Of a stretch of DNA of 64,000 nt, positions 30,571 through 40,977 are shown one piece after another. The stretch is from an uncultured Gemmatimonadaceae bacterium (GTDB lineage: Bacteria; Gemmatimonadota; Gemmatimonadetes; Gemmatimonadales; Gemmatimonadaceae). The stretch spans positions 1,280,001-1,344,000 of the forward strand of contig CAVUDW010000003.1 of assembly GCA_963740355.1 (NCBI GenBank). The letters are read 5' to 3'. The first letter of the stretch is position 1; each line of letters starts with the position of its first letter. Below the pieces are notes generated by a model. That model ran no database searches. It was not told the DNA's origin and saw only the letters and a program-made list of their open reading frames with translations. A program made the translations under genes and the position numbers.

Positions 30571-30828
30571 GCAACTCTCCCATCGTCGAGAGGCTGACGG
30601 CTTCCATGCCATCCGGATTGGGGCATGGTCGCAGTCCAGCCGGGCGGTCCCACACCGCCTCTTGCTTACGACGACGGTGATACGGGTGGGCAACACGTCG
30701 CAGCGGTTTCGGCTGTGAGTATCGGCACCCCAGATCGGATGACAACACCGATCTTAACGTGGGATGCAAGGAGGATGCCCGGCGCCGGCGGCGCGAGGGG
30801 CTGGCGGAAGCTCCTTGCCCAAAGACGC

Positions 30829-30865
30829 ACCGACGGCGGCAGGATTCTCGCCTGCCGCCGTCGGT
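30829..30865. terminator. strong hairpin just after the acyl-CoA dehydrogenase stop
   Basis: accgacggcggcagg / cctgccgccgtcggt, perfect 15-bp stem; U-tract weak. Confidence 0.55.
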
Positions 30866-30872
30866 ATTTCCC

Positions 30873-32663
30873 TCAGAAGACCTCGGCGTCCAATGCCATC
30901 ACCGGCGCCGAGCCGGCCATGATCCGCGCGAACAACCCGTGCGCCTCGGGCAGCATCTTCGTGAAGAAGAACCGCGCCGTCTTGATCTTGGCGTCGTAGA
31001 ACGCCCGATCGCCATTCGCCGTCGGCATTTTGGCGTACGCCGCCTCGGCCATGCGCAGCCACATGTCGCCCAGCGCCACGAGGCCGAACATGCGCAGGTA
31101 GTCCGTGCTGGCCGCACCCGCTTCATCGGGATTCGAGAGCGACTTGAGGGCGATGAACTGGGTCGCCTGCTGCAGCCGCGTGAAGATCTTCGCGAACGGC
31201 TCGGCGAACTCCTTCAACTGCGGGTCCTGCGCCGTGCGCTCCAGCCGCTCCGACAGCGGATGAAAGAAGAAGCGCAGGAAGCGCCCGCCCTCCGCCGGAA
31301 GCTTGCGGCCCACCAGGTCGAGCGCCTGAATGCCGTTGGCCCCTTCGTAGATCTGCGCAATGCGGGCATCGCGCACGAACTGCTCCATCCCGTATTCACG
31401 GATGTAGCCATGCCCGCCGTAGATCTGCAGCGCCATGTTGGTGCACTCGAAGCCCATGTCGGTGAAGTACGCCTTCACGATCGGCGTCATCAGCGCGACG
31501 AAGTCGTCAGAGTCCTTCTGCACCGCGGGATCGGGATGCTTCTCGTGCATGTCGATGTGTGTGCCAACCCACAGCGAGAGCGCACGCGCGCCTTCGTTGA
31601 AGGCCCGAATCGTCATCAGCGAGCGGCGCACATCCGGATGCACGATCAGCGGATCGGCCGGCCCCGATGGATTCTTGGCGCCGGTCAGCGATCGGCCCTG
31701 CAAGCGATCCTTGGCGTAGCTGACGGCGTTCTGGTACGCCACCTCGCTCAGCCCCAGTCCCTGCATCCCCACCGCAAGGCGGGCGGCGTTCATCATCGTG
31801 AACATGCCGCGCATCCCCTTGTTGGTCTCACCAACCAGCCAGCCGATCGAGTTGTCGAACGCCAGCACGCAGGTGGGCGACGCCTTGATGCCCATCTTGT
31901 GCTCGATGCTCACGCACCGTACGGCGTTGTCATCACTCGGCGCGCCGTCGGCGTTGAGCAGGAACTTCGGCACGATGAAGAGGCTGATCCCCTTGATGCC
32001 AGGTGGCGCATCAGGCAACCGGGCCAGCACCAGGTGCACGATGTTGTCGGTGAGATCGTGATCGCCCGCCGAGATGAAGATCTTGTTGCCGGTGATGGCG
32101 TAACTGCCGTCGGCGCGTGGCTCGGCCTTGGTCGTGAGCAGGCCGAGGTCCGTGCCGCAGTGTGCTTCTGTGAGGCACATCGTGCCCGCCCACTCGCCCG
32201 TCACCAGCTTCGGCAGCCAGACCTTCTTCAACTCCTCGGTGCCATGCATCAGCAACGCGTGATACGCGCCGTGGCTCAGCCCCGGGAACATGCCGAAGCT
32301 GAGGTTCGAGGCGCAGATCATCTCCTCGACGGCGAAGCGCAATGTCTGTGGGAATCCCTGTCCACCGAAGGCTTCGTCCGCGGACAGCGCCGGCCACCCG
32401 GACTCGACGTACTGGTGATACGCGGCCTTGAACCCGGCGGGCGTCGTCACTGCGCCGTTCTCGATGTGACATCCCTCCGCATCGCCGCTCTGGTTGATCG
32501 GCTGCAGCACTTCCTCGCAGAACTGCGCCGCACCCTCCAGCACCGACATCGCCGTCTCGGCATCGAAGTCGGCGTACCCAGGCAGCGCGGTGAGGCGCGA
32601 GTAGTCGATCACGTCGTTGAGGACGAACTTCATGTCGTCCAGTGGTGCCTTGTACGTGGGCAT
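30873..32663 (-). CDS. acyl-CoA dehydrogenase
   Basis: TMCLTEAHCGTDLG, GNKIFIS, EHKMGIKAS, YGGHGY, IYEGANGIQ. Confidence 0.95.
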   Translation of the reverse strand: MPTYKAPLDDMKFVLNDVIDYSRLTALPGYADFDAETAMSVLEGAAQFCEEVLQPINQSGDAEGCHIENGAVTTPAGFKAAYHQYVESGWPALSADEAFGGQGFPQTLRFAVEEMICASNLSFGMFPGLSHGAYHALLMHGTEELKKVWLPKLVTGEWAGTMCLTEAHCGTDLGLLTTKAEPRADGSYAITGNKIFISAGDHDLTDNIVHLVLARLPDAPPGIKGISLFIVPKFLLNADGAPSDDNAVRCVSIEHKMGIKASPTCVLAFDNSIGWLVGETNKGMRGMFTMMNAARLAVGMQGLGLSEVAYQNAVSYAKDRLQGRSLTGAKNPSGPADPLIVHPDVRRSLMTIRAFNEGARALSLWVGTHIDMHEKHPDPAVQKDSDDFVALMTPIVKAYFTDMGFECTNMALQIYGGHGYIREYGMEQFVRDARIAQIYEGANGIQALDLVGRKLPAEGGRFLRFFFHPLSERLERTAQDPQLKEFAEPFAKIFTRLQQATQFIALKSLSNPDEAGAASTDYLRMFGLVALGDMWLRMAEAAYAKMPTANGDRAFYDAKIKTARFFFTKMLPEAHGLFARIMAGSAPVMALDAEVF

Positions 32664-32672
32664 GTCCGTTCC

Positions 32673-35018
32673 TCAGTTGCGCAGCGGCTTGCCGTTCGCG
32701 AGCATGTGCTCGATCCGGGCCAATGAGCCTGACGTGTGTGCGAGCTTCATGAACTGCGCGCGCTCGAGTGCCAGCAGCGCGGTTTCGTCGAGCGGCGTTG
32801 CGCCATCGGTGTCACCACCGGTCAGCACGGTGGCCAGTTCCGCCGCCACCACCTGGTCGTGTGCCGTCGCCTTGCCTGCGGCGGCCATGGCCGCGACACC
32901 GGCCATCAGCATGCTCTTGCCGCGTGCGCCGGACAGCACCACCGATCGCTGCGGCAGCGGCGTGTATCCGGCCACCATCGACAATGCCTTCGCCTTCGCG
33001 TCGGCCAGCAGTCGATCCCGATTCATCGTGATGCCGTCTGAGCTGCGGAGATAGCCGAGCGCGCGCGCATCGGCAGCCGATGTCGACGTCTTCGCGGCGG
33101 CGATCGTCTGAAACACCTGCCCCGCGGCGGCCATCGCCTTGGCCGGATCCGTCTGCACCGGACCCACATGGCGCAGCAGCATTTCCTTGCATCCACCCCA
33201 GCCAGGGATGATGCCGACACCCGCTTCGACGAGCCCGATGTAGGTCTCGGCCGCAGCCTGCACGGCGTCGGAATGCAGCGTGATCTCGGCACCACCACCG
33301 AGCGCCAGGCCGGCAGGGGCCGCGACCACGGGAAACGGGGCGTGCAGCAAGGCGTTGTAGGTCTTCTGCCCGTCGGCAACGTTCTGCTCGACGGTCTCCC
33401 ACGCCGCGATGTTGATCGAGAACAGCGCCAGTCCGAGATTCGCACCGACGCTGAAATTTTCACCATCGTTGTAGATGACCAGCGCCTTGTACGCACCGCT
33501 ACCATCACCAACTGTCGCGATCACCTGACGGATCATCGCCATGATGTCGGGATCGAGCGAGTTCATCTTCGACGTGAACTCGAAGCACAACACGCCGTCG
33601 CCGATATCCCAGACGCTGGCCGAGCCGTTCTTCATGACCGGCTTGCCGGCGCGCTTGAAGTCCGCCAGCGAGAGCACGCCGGCTGGCCGCGGCACGGCTG
33701 CATATTCACCGCTCGGCAGTAGCTCTTGCAGTGCGGCGCCTTCCACTCGATAGAACGCCTTGTTGAGCGCTACCAGCGGTGGCACCGCGATGCCGTGCTT
33801 GCCAAGCAACGCCGCGAGGTTGGCGGCACCTAGCTGATCGATCAATTCGAAGGGACCGTATGTCCATCCGTATCCGAGCCGCATCGCCTGATCGACAGCG
33901 CTGATACGATCGGCGATGGTCGGCACCAGTGATGCTGCGTACGACAATGCCTGTGCCAGCAGCGACGCCGCGAACTTGCCGCCCTTGTCGTCGAAGCTCA
34001 CCAGCGTCTTCAACGCACTCTTTCCACGTGCCGCGGCCAGCGACGCCAACTGCGGCGCACGCTCGGCGCGGTACTGGCCCGTCTGCAGGTCGACCACTTC
34101 CTTCGTCCTGCCACCCTTGGCGTCGGGCACGAGCCGCGTGAAGCCACCACCCTTGCTCTTGCGGCCAGTGTTGCCAGCGGCGATCAACGCCTCCATCGGC
34201 GCAAAACTGGTCGGGAGCGAAAGGAATGCGTCACCGGCCGGCAGCGTGGCGTGGAAACTCTTCATGATGTGTGGCATCAGGTCGAGTCCAACGAGGTCGG
34301 TGAGGCCAAAGATGCCGGTCTTCGGCAATCCCATCGGCTTGCCGCAGACGGCGTCAGCTTCTTCCACCGTGAGGCCGAACTTCAGCGCTTCGTGCATGGC
34401 GGCATACATGAAGAACGTGCCGATGCGATTGGCGATGAAGCCGGGTGTGTCCTTGCACACCACCACCCCCTTGCCGAGGCGTTCGTCGCCGACGGCGTGC
34501 AACGCGTCGGTCACCTCGGCGCGTGTGCGCGGGCCACTCACCAACTCCAGCAGCCGCATGTAGCGCGGCGGGTTGAAGAAGTGCGTGATCGCAAAGTCGG
34601 CGGCGAAGGCATCCGACTGTCCTGCGATCAGGTCGTGCAATGGGATGGTCGAGGTATTCGACGTGATGATGCTGCCCGGCCGGCGCGCGGCATCGAGCTT
34701 CTTGTAGAGCGGCGTCTTGACCGCCGGATCTTCGAAGACGGCCTCGATGATCCAATCGATTTCTGCCAGCGCCTCGAGGTCGTCCTCGACGTTGCCCGGC
34801 GTGACGAGCGCCATCGCCTCCGCGCTCATGAACGGTGCCGGTTGCTGTGTGCGCATGCGCGCAAGCGCGCCCGCAGCGAGCGTGTTCCGTTCGGTGGCGC
34901 CGGACGGAACGACGTCGAGCAGAAGGACCGGAATTCCCGCGTTGGCAAGCTGCGCGGCAATTCCGCTCCCCATCGTACCCGCGCCGATGACAGCGGCGCG
35001 GCGGATCTCGATGGCCAT
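32673..35018 (-). CDS. 3-hydroxyacyl-CoA dehydrogenase/enoyl-CoA hydratase (FadN-like)
   Basis: GAGTMGSG, SNTS, HFFNP, KDTPGFIANR; crotonase ALGGGAE, GLVEAGVG. Confidence 0.93.
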   Translation of the reverse strand: MAIEIRRAAVIGAGTMGSGIAAQLANAGIPVLLLDVVPSGATERNTLAAGALARMRTQQPAPFMSAEAMALVTPGNVEDDLEALAEIDWIIEAVFEDPAVKTPLYKKLDAARRPGSIITSNTSTIPLHDLIAGQSDAFAADFAITHFFNPPRYMRLLELVSGPRTRAEVTDALHAVGDERLGKGVVVCKDTPGFIANRIGTFFMYAAMHEALKFGLTVEEADAVCGKPMGLPKTGIFGLTDLVGLDLMPHIMKSFHATLPAGDAFLSLPTSFAPMEALIAAGNTGRKSKGGGFTRLVPDAKGGRTKEVVDLQTGQYRAERAPQLASLAAARGKSALKTLVSFDDKGGKFAASLLAQALSYAASLVPTIADRISAVDQAMRLGYGWTYGPFELIDQLGAANLAALLGKHGIAVPPLVALNKAFYRVEGAALQELLPSGEYAAVPRPAGVLSLADFKRAGKPVMKNGSASVWDIGDGVLCFEFTSKMNSLDPDIMAMIRQVIATVGDGSGAYKALVIYNDGENFSVGANLGLALFSINIAAWETVEQNVADGQKTYNALLHAPFPVVAAPAGLALGGGAEITLHSDAVQAAAETYIGLVEAGVGIIPGWGGCKEMLLRHVGPVQTDPAKAMAAAGQVFQTIAAAKTSTSAADARALGYLRSSDGITMNRDRLLADAKAKALSMVAGYTPLPQRSVVLSGARGKSMLMAGVAAMAAAGKATAHDQVVAAELATVLTGGDTDGATPLDETALLALERAQFMKLAHTSGSLARIEHMLANGKPLRN

Positions 35019-35250
35019 GAGAGGTGGCGTGGAGCCAGAATTGAGAAGAAGCAGCCGACCGCGAAGCAGACGCCGGCTTGGATGATCGAATGCTGGCCCG
35101 GGGAAGGCTCGTGCGCAACGTCCGCGGCTCGTGTACGCCGTCGTCAACGCCGATTTGGTGTCAGGTTTCAGCGAAGGGAGCCGGGCGTCGAGACTATGCG
35201 GTAACTCGTGTCGTGCCGACCGGACACCGGCGGCACCTGTCTCCCGTCGC

Positions 35251-37497
35251 ATGATGCCGTTTCAACTGCCCGGTCAGCTGGCGTACGAAACCCTTGCGCG
35301 TGGCCCGGCATCGCGCGCTGCGCGGGTCGCCGAAGCCATCGCGGACGCGCGGCGCGAAAGCGGTGTCGCCGGCGACCGGTGGATGCTGCGCCTGATTGCG
35401 GCGGGCGCGGCGGGCGTAACGGGGCTCGCTCTGTCACGAAACAGCTTCATTCCGTCGGTATGGGTCCTGGCAGTCATGGGCCTGAGCATCGCCTTCGGCG
35501 TGTCGGAGCGGTGGCGATGCACCCGGAACGGCGCCATCGCGCTCGGCCTGGCAGCGCACCTCGTTGGCTGGGCGCTCTCGGTGCAGATCGGGTCGCGCAT
35601 CGAGTGGGGGGCAATCTTCTTCGTCACCACCACAGTCCAGCTCCGTTACGAAGACTCCCGCGCGGTGCTGCCGAGCATCGGCTTCTACATCCTGCAGCAC
35701 CTCGCACAGTGGGGACTGCTGACCAGCGGCTTCACCCTGGGATTTCTCTGGTCCGGTGAGTTCAACCTCACGTCATCGCTACTCGCGATGATGCTGGCGC
35801 TGGTCCAGGGCTCGGTGGTCGTCGAGATCGCCCGTGCGCTGAGCAAGCGGCACGAGAGTGCCATCCAGGCCAACATCGAGTTGGTCGAACGGGCGGCACA
35901 TGCGGATGCCCAGTCGGCCGCGCTGCAGCGCACCGAGGCGATCATGCGCGGCGTGATCGGCGGCAGTGAGGATGGCGTGGCCGTGTACGACATCGATACG
36001 CGTGTGCAGGTCTGGAATCCGCGCATGGAGATGATCAGCGGCGTGCGCGCCTCGATGGCGCTCGGCCGGTTGCGCGCGGACGTGTACGGCACCGACAGCG
36101 CGCGAACCGAGGCCCTGCAACAGGCGCTCGACGGCACACCGGCGCATGTGAACAACGTGTCCTACTTCGATACCGCCACCAATCGCGACGGCGTGGTCGA
36201 CATTGCCTACCTCCCGCTCCGCGATTCGAACGGCAAGGTGATCGGTGCGTTCAAGGTGGCGCACGATGTCTCGGATCGCATCCGCGCGGCCGACGCCGTC
36301 TCGACCACACGCCAGCAGCTACTGGAGGCCATCGAGGCCATCGATGCCGGCTTCGCGTTGTTCGATGCAGAGGATCGCGTGATCCAGGTAAACAGTGCGT
36401 ATCGCGCCTACTACGAGGAGATTGCGGCGAAGTTCGCGCCGGGCACTCCGTACGTGGAAATCGCCCGCGCCTATCTCACGACCTTTCCCGAATATGCCGG
36501 CGGGCAGCAGCTCGACGACGCCGTGCAGAGCTGGGTGGCGGCACGGTCCGAACGCGCCAACTCCAAGGAGTACCAGCAGGGCGACCGCTGGCTGCTGCTG
36601 CAGGATCGACCCACAGCGTCGGGTGGGCGCGTGTCGTTGCGCACCGACATCACGCACCTGAAGGCGATCCAGCGCGAGCTGGAAGAGGCGCGTTCGAAGG
36701 CCGAGGAAGCCAATCGGGCCAAGAGCGAATTCCTGGCGCGGATGAGTCATGAGTTGCGCACACCATTGAATTCGATCATCGGATTCTCACGACTCGTGAA
36801 GTCGAATCGCAACGGGACACTGGCTGCGAAGGATGTGACGTACCTGGATCGTGTGGCGAGCAACGGCGAACACCTGCTCTCGCTGATCAACGACATCCTC
36901 GACCTCTCGCGCATCGAGGCCGGCAAGATGCCGATCATGGTCGAGGAGATCGACTGCAACGCGATGATCCTCGAGACCACACGCATGCTGGAAGGACAGG
37001 CGGCACACGCCGACGTGCGGATCGTGGCGCACATCTCACAGACGCAGCTGAATCTGAGCACCGACGCGGCGAAGTTGCGCCAGGTGCTGATCAACCTGAT
37101 CGGCAACGCGCAGAAGTTCACGGCACGCGGAACGATCACCGTGGCAGTGGAGCAATCGACCACGGCGCCGGATCAGGTGGTGTTCTCCGTGACCGACACC
37201 GGTGTCGGTATCCCGCACGACCGGCTGCAGGCGATCTTCGAGGCCTTCGAGCAGGCCGACGGTACCACCAGTCGACAGTACGGTGGCACCGGGCTTGGGC
37301 TGACGATCAGCCGAACGTTGTGCGACCTGATTCACGCCACGCTGACGGTCGAGAGTGAAGTGGGCGTCGGCTCGACGTTCCGAGTCAGCTGTGCGCCGAT
37401 GCTCCGCCGTTCGACGCCATTGGCGAACCGTCCGTCGACTCCGGTGCCGATGCCAATCCACGCCGCGCTGCCGACACCGTCGCTGCGCAACGTGTAG
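35251..37497 (+). CDS. multi-TM PAS-PAS sensor histidine kinase
   Basis: N-terminal TMs, two PAS domains, SHELRTPLN, NLIGNAQKF, GGTGLGL; no receiver domain. Confidence 0.9.
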   Translation: MMPFQLPGQLAYETLARGPASRAARVAEAIADARRESGVAGDRWMLRLIAAGAAGVTGLALSRNSFIPSVWVLAVMGLSIAFGVSERWRCTRNGAIALGLAAHLVGWALSVQIGSRIEWGAIFFVTTTVQLRYEDSRAVLPSIGFYILQHLAQWGLLTSGFTLGFLWSGEFNLTSSLLAMMLALVQGSVVVEIARALSKRHESAIQANIELVERAAHADAQSAALQRTEAIMRGVIGGSEDGVAVYDIDTRVQVWNPRMEMISGVRASMALGRLRADVYGTDSARTEALQQALDGTPAHVNNVSYFDTATNRDGVVDIAYLPLRDSNGKVIGAFKVAHDVSDRIRAADAVSTTRQQLLEAIEAIDAGFALFDAEDRVIQVNSAYRAYYEEIAAKFAPGTPYVEIARAYLTTFPEYAGGQQLDDAVQSWVAARSERANSKEYQQGDRWLLLQDRPTASGGRVSLRTDITHLKAIQRELEEARSKAEEANRAKSEFLARMSHELRTPLNSIIGFSRLVKSNRNGTLAAKDVTYLDRVASNGEHLLSLINDILDLSRIEAGKMPIMVEEIDCNAMILETTRMLEGQAAHADVRIVAHISQTQLNLSTDAAKLRQVLINLIGNAQKFTARGTITVAVEQSTTAPDQVVFSVTDTGVGIPHDRLQAIFEAFEQADGTTSRQYGGTGLGLTISRTLCDLIHATLTVESEVGVGSTFRVSCAPMLRRSTPLANRPSTPVPMPIHAALPTPSLRNV

Positions 37498-37521
37498 CGT
37501 TGCGGCTGGCGATGACGCGCG

Positions 37522-38178
37522 TTACCCCGCGTCAGGCGGAAAGACGAGCATCGGCCAGGTCCGACGCCACGGTGTCTGGTCGGCGAAGGTCAGCTCGAGC
37601 GTCAGTGTCCAGCGCACCGAATCGAAGCTGCTGTAGTACGACGGCGGCGCTGTCGGTGGGATGCGGAAGGTCACGGTTTGCCGCCAGTCATCGCCTTTCG
37701 CGATCGGCCCGCCGGAGAGCGAGACGGGCAGCACCATGCTCTCGATCGGCTCTCCCGATTGTGTCCCGTGCCAGGGACGCGCTTCGGCCAGCAGCGATGC
37801 GTTCCGCAGCACGAGGTTGCGACGTGCATGGAGCACCGCACTGAACGTGACCGGTTCACCCACGGTGACCATGTTGTCATCGAGCGAGGGTTCCACCCAG
37901 CCGATCCGTCGCGCCTCCTCGAATTCCGGCCGCAATCCCTTCAGCTCGCGGAAGGCACCGACGAACGCGACCAGGCCAATCGCGATCAGCACCACGGCTT
38001 CGGCGTAGACCATGAAGCTGCCGACGATGCCGAACACGATCAGCGCCAACCCGAGGGCAGAGGTCAGCAACGCTCGCCGCGCCGTGCCGCGCTCCAGCGG
38101 CGCACGCCATTGCTCGCGTACCAGCTCGACATAGACGTGCCCCTTGGGGCCGAGGCGATCGGAGTCATCGACAGGCAT
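37522..38178 (-). CDS. hypothetical membrane protein (2 TM + beta-sandwich-like C-terminus)
   Basis: C-terminal 218 aa of ORF 37522..39024; two TMs, then FRIPPTAPPSY..VRWTLTL. Confidence 0.6.
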   Translation of the reverse strand: MPVDDSDRLGPKGHVYVELVREQWRAPLERGTARRALLTSALGLALIVFGIVGSFMVYAEAVVLIAIGLVAFVGAFRELKGLRPEFEEARRIGWVEPSLDDNMVTVGEPVTFSAVLHARRNLVLRNASLLAEARPWHGTQSGEPIESMVLPVSLSGGPIAKGDDWRQTVTFRIPPTAPPSYYSSFDSVRWTLTLELTFADQTPWRRTWPMLVFPPDAG

Positions 38179-38256
38179 CCCGCGAGAATGGTCGGTCGGC
38201 AGTTCCGACGCAACTGCGTCGCCAGCTTCTGTTCCGCAGCACGGTACTCTTCCTGC

Positions 38257-39330
38257 ATGTCGCGATTCCCGTTCCTGCTCTCCCCCGTCTCCGTTGGCGC
38301 ATTGGCGCTGCCGAATCGTGTGCTGATGGCACCGATGGCCCGTCACCGCGCCTATCGCGATGGGACATTGCCCCCGCTGGTGAGCGAGTACTTCGCGCAA
38401 CGCGCCCGCGCCGGGATGGTGTTCACCGACGCCACCATGATTTCGCCGGAGGCGGTGGGCGCCCCATTCTGTCCCGCCATCTGGACCGACGAACATGTCG
38501 AGTCGTGGCGCGCCGTGACGCGGGCGGTACATGCCGCGGGCGGCCTGATCGCGCTGCAACTGATGCACACCGGCCGGATCTCGCTGGAGGCCTTTCAGCC
38601 GGGCCGCGCGGCACCGGTGTCGTCGTACGGCGTGCAGGCGGCCGACATCCAGTTGCACAACCCGCGGCTCACCCTCGAGCCGGCGGCGGAGCCACGGGCG
38701 CTGGAGTTGAAGGAAGTGGCGGAGGTGGTCTCCCAATTCGCACTCGCCGCGCGACGTGGCCGGGCCGCCGGCTTCGATGCGGTGGAGATTCACGCCGCCG
38801 ACGGCTACCTGGTGGACCAGTTCCTTCGCGACGGCGTCAACCAGCGCCACGATCGGTACGGCGGCTCCCCTGAGAATCGTGCGCGGTTCCTGCTCGAGGT
38901 CACGGAAGCGGTGGCGCGCGAATTCGGCGCCGACCGCACCGGCGTCCGCCTCTCGCCACAGAGCACGTTCAACGACATGCGTGACAGCAATCCCCTCGTC
39001 ACGTTCAGCGCGGCGCTGCGCCAATTGTCAGCGCTCGACATCGCCTGGACACATTTCTCCGGCGGCGGCACCAGCGACCTCACGCTGCGACTGCGCGATG
39101 TCTACGGCAAGCCGTTCATCCTCAACGGTGGCTTCTCCGCCGAGCGCGCGGACGAGGCCATCAAAAGCGAAGTGGCAGTCGCGGTGAGCTTCGGGCAGCT
39201 GTACATCGCCAACCCCGACCTCGTTGAACGCTTCGCCACCGGCGCCGAGTTCAACACCCCGAATCCTTCCACGTTCTACGGCGGGAATGAACGCGGCTAC
39301 ACCGACTATCCGACGATCTCTGCGCGTTGA
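38257..39330 (+). CDS. alkene reductase / old yellow enzyme (NemA-like)
   Basis: NRVLMAPM, QLMHTGR, AGFDAVEIHAADGYL, YGGSPENRARF, GYTDYP. Confidence 0.92.
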   Translation: MSRFPFLLSPVSVGALALPNRVLMAPMARHRAYRDGTLPPLVSEYFAQRARAGMVFTDATMISPEAVGAPFCPAIWTDEHVESWRAVTRAVHAAGGLIALQLMHTGRISLEAFQPGRAAPVSSYGVQAADIQLHNPRLTLEPAAEPRALELKEVAEVVSQFALAARRGRAAGFDAVEIHAADGYLVDQFLRDGVNQRHDRYGGSPENRARFLLEVTEAVAREFGADRTGVRLSPQSTFNDMRDSNPLVTFSAALRQLSALDIAWTHFSGGGTSDLTLRLRDVYGKPFILNGGFSAERADEAIKSEVAVAVSFGQLYIANPDLVERFATGAEFNTPNPSTFYGGNERGYTDYPTISAR

Positions 39331-39335
39331 CTGAC

Positions 39336-39530
39336 CTGCAAACTGCATAACGCAGAACCGAACAGCCGCAGAACAGAACAGCCGCTGAACAGCAACAGCA
39401 ACAGCAAACTTCAAACTGCCTGGACGCAAAACAGCAAGGGCGGATACTGCAACAGCCGCCAAACTGCACACCGCCGCAAAACGGGCACTGCAAAACGGTT
39501 ACTGCAAAACGGCCACTGCAAAACGCAGAG
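39336..39530. repeat. left part of a REP-like foldback interrupted by IS110
   Basis: aacagccgcagaacag / actgcaaaac repeats, reverse-complementary to 40824-40965. Confidence 0.8.
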
Positions 39531-39545
39531 TAGCTGTGTTGAAAG

Positions 39546-40965
<1,420 letters not shown>

Positions 40966-40977
40966 GAATTGGAGAGA

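Noticed and set aside
30759..32726. long antisense ORFs (also 21679..23307, 53117..54871, 61563..63311, 12809..14218 and others)
   Set aside because: Shadow ORFs opposite well-supported genes, expected in high-GC DNA.
30873..35018. missing thiolase between the FadN-like and acyl-CoA dehydrogenase genes
   Set aside because: Only 9 bp separate the genes and no remnant is visible; a thiolase elsewhere in the genome is the ordinary explanation.
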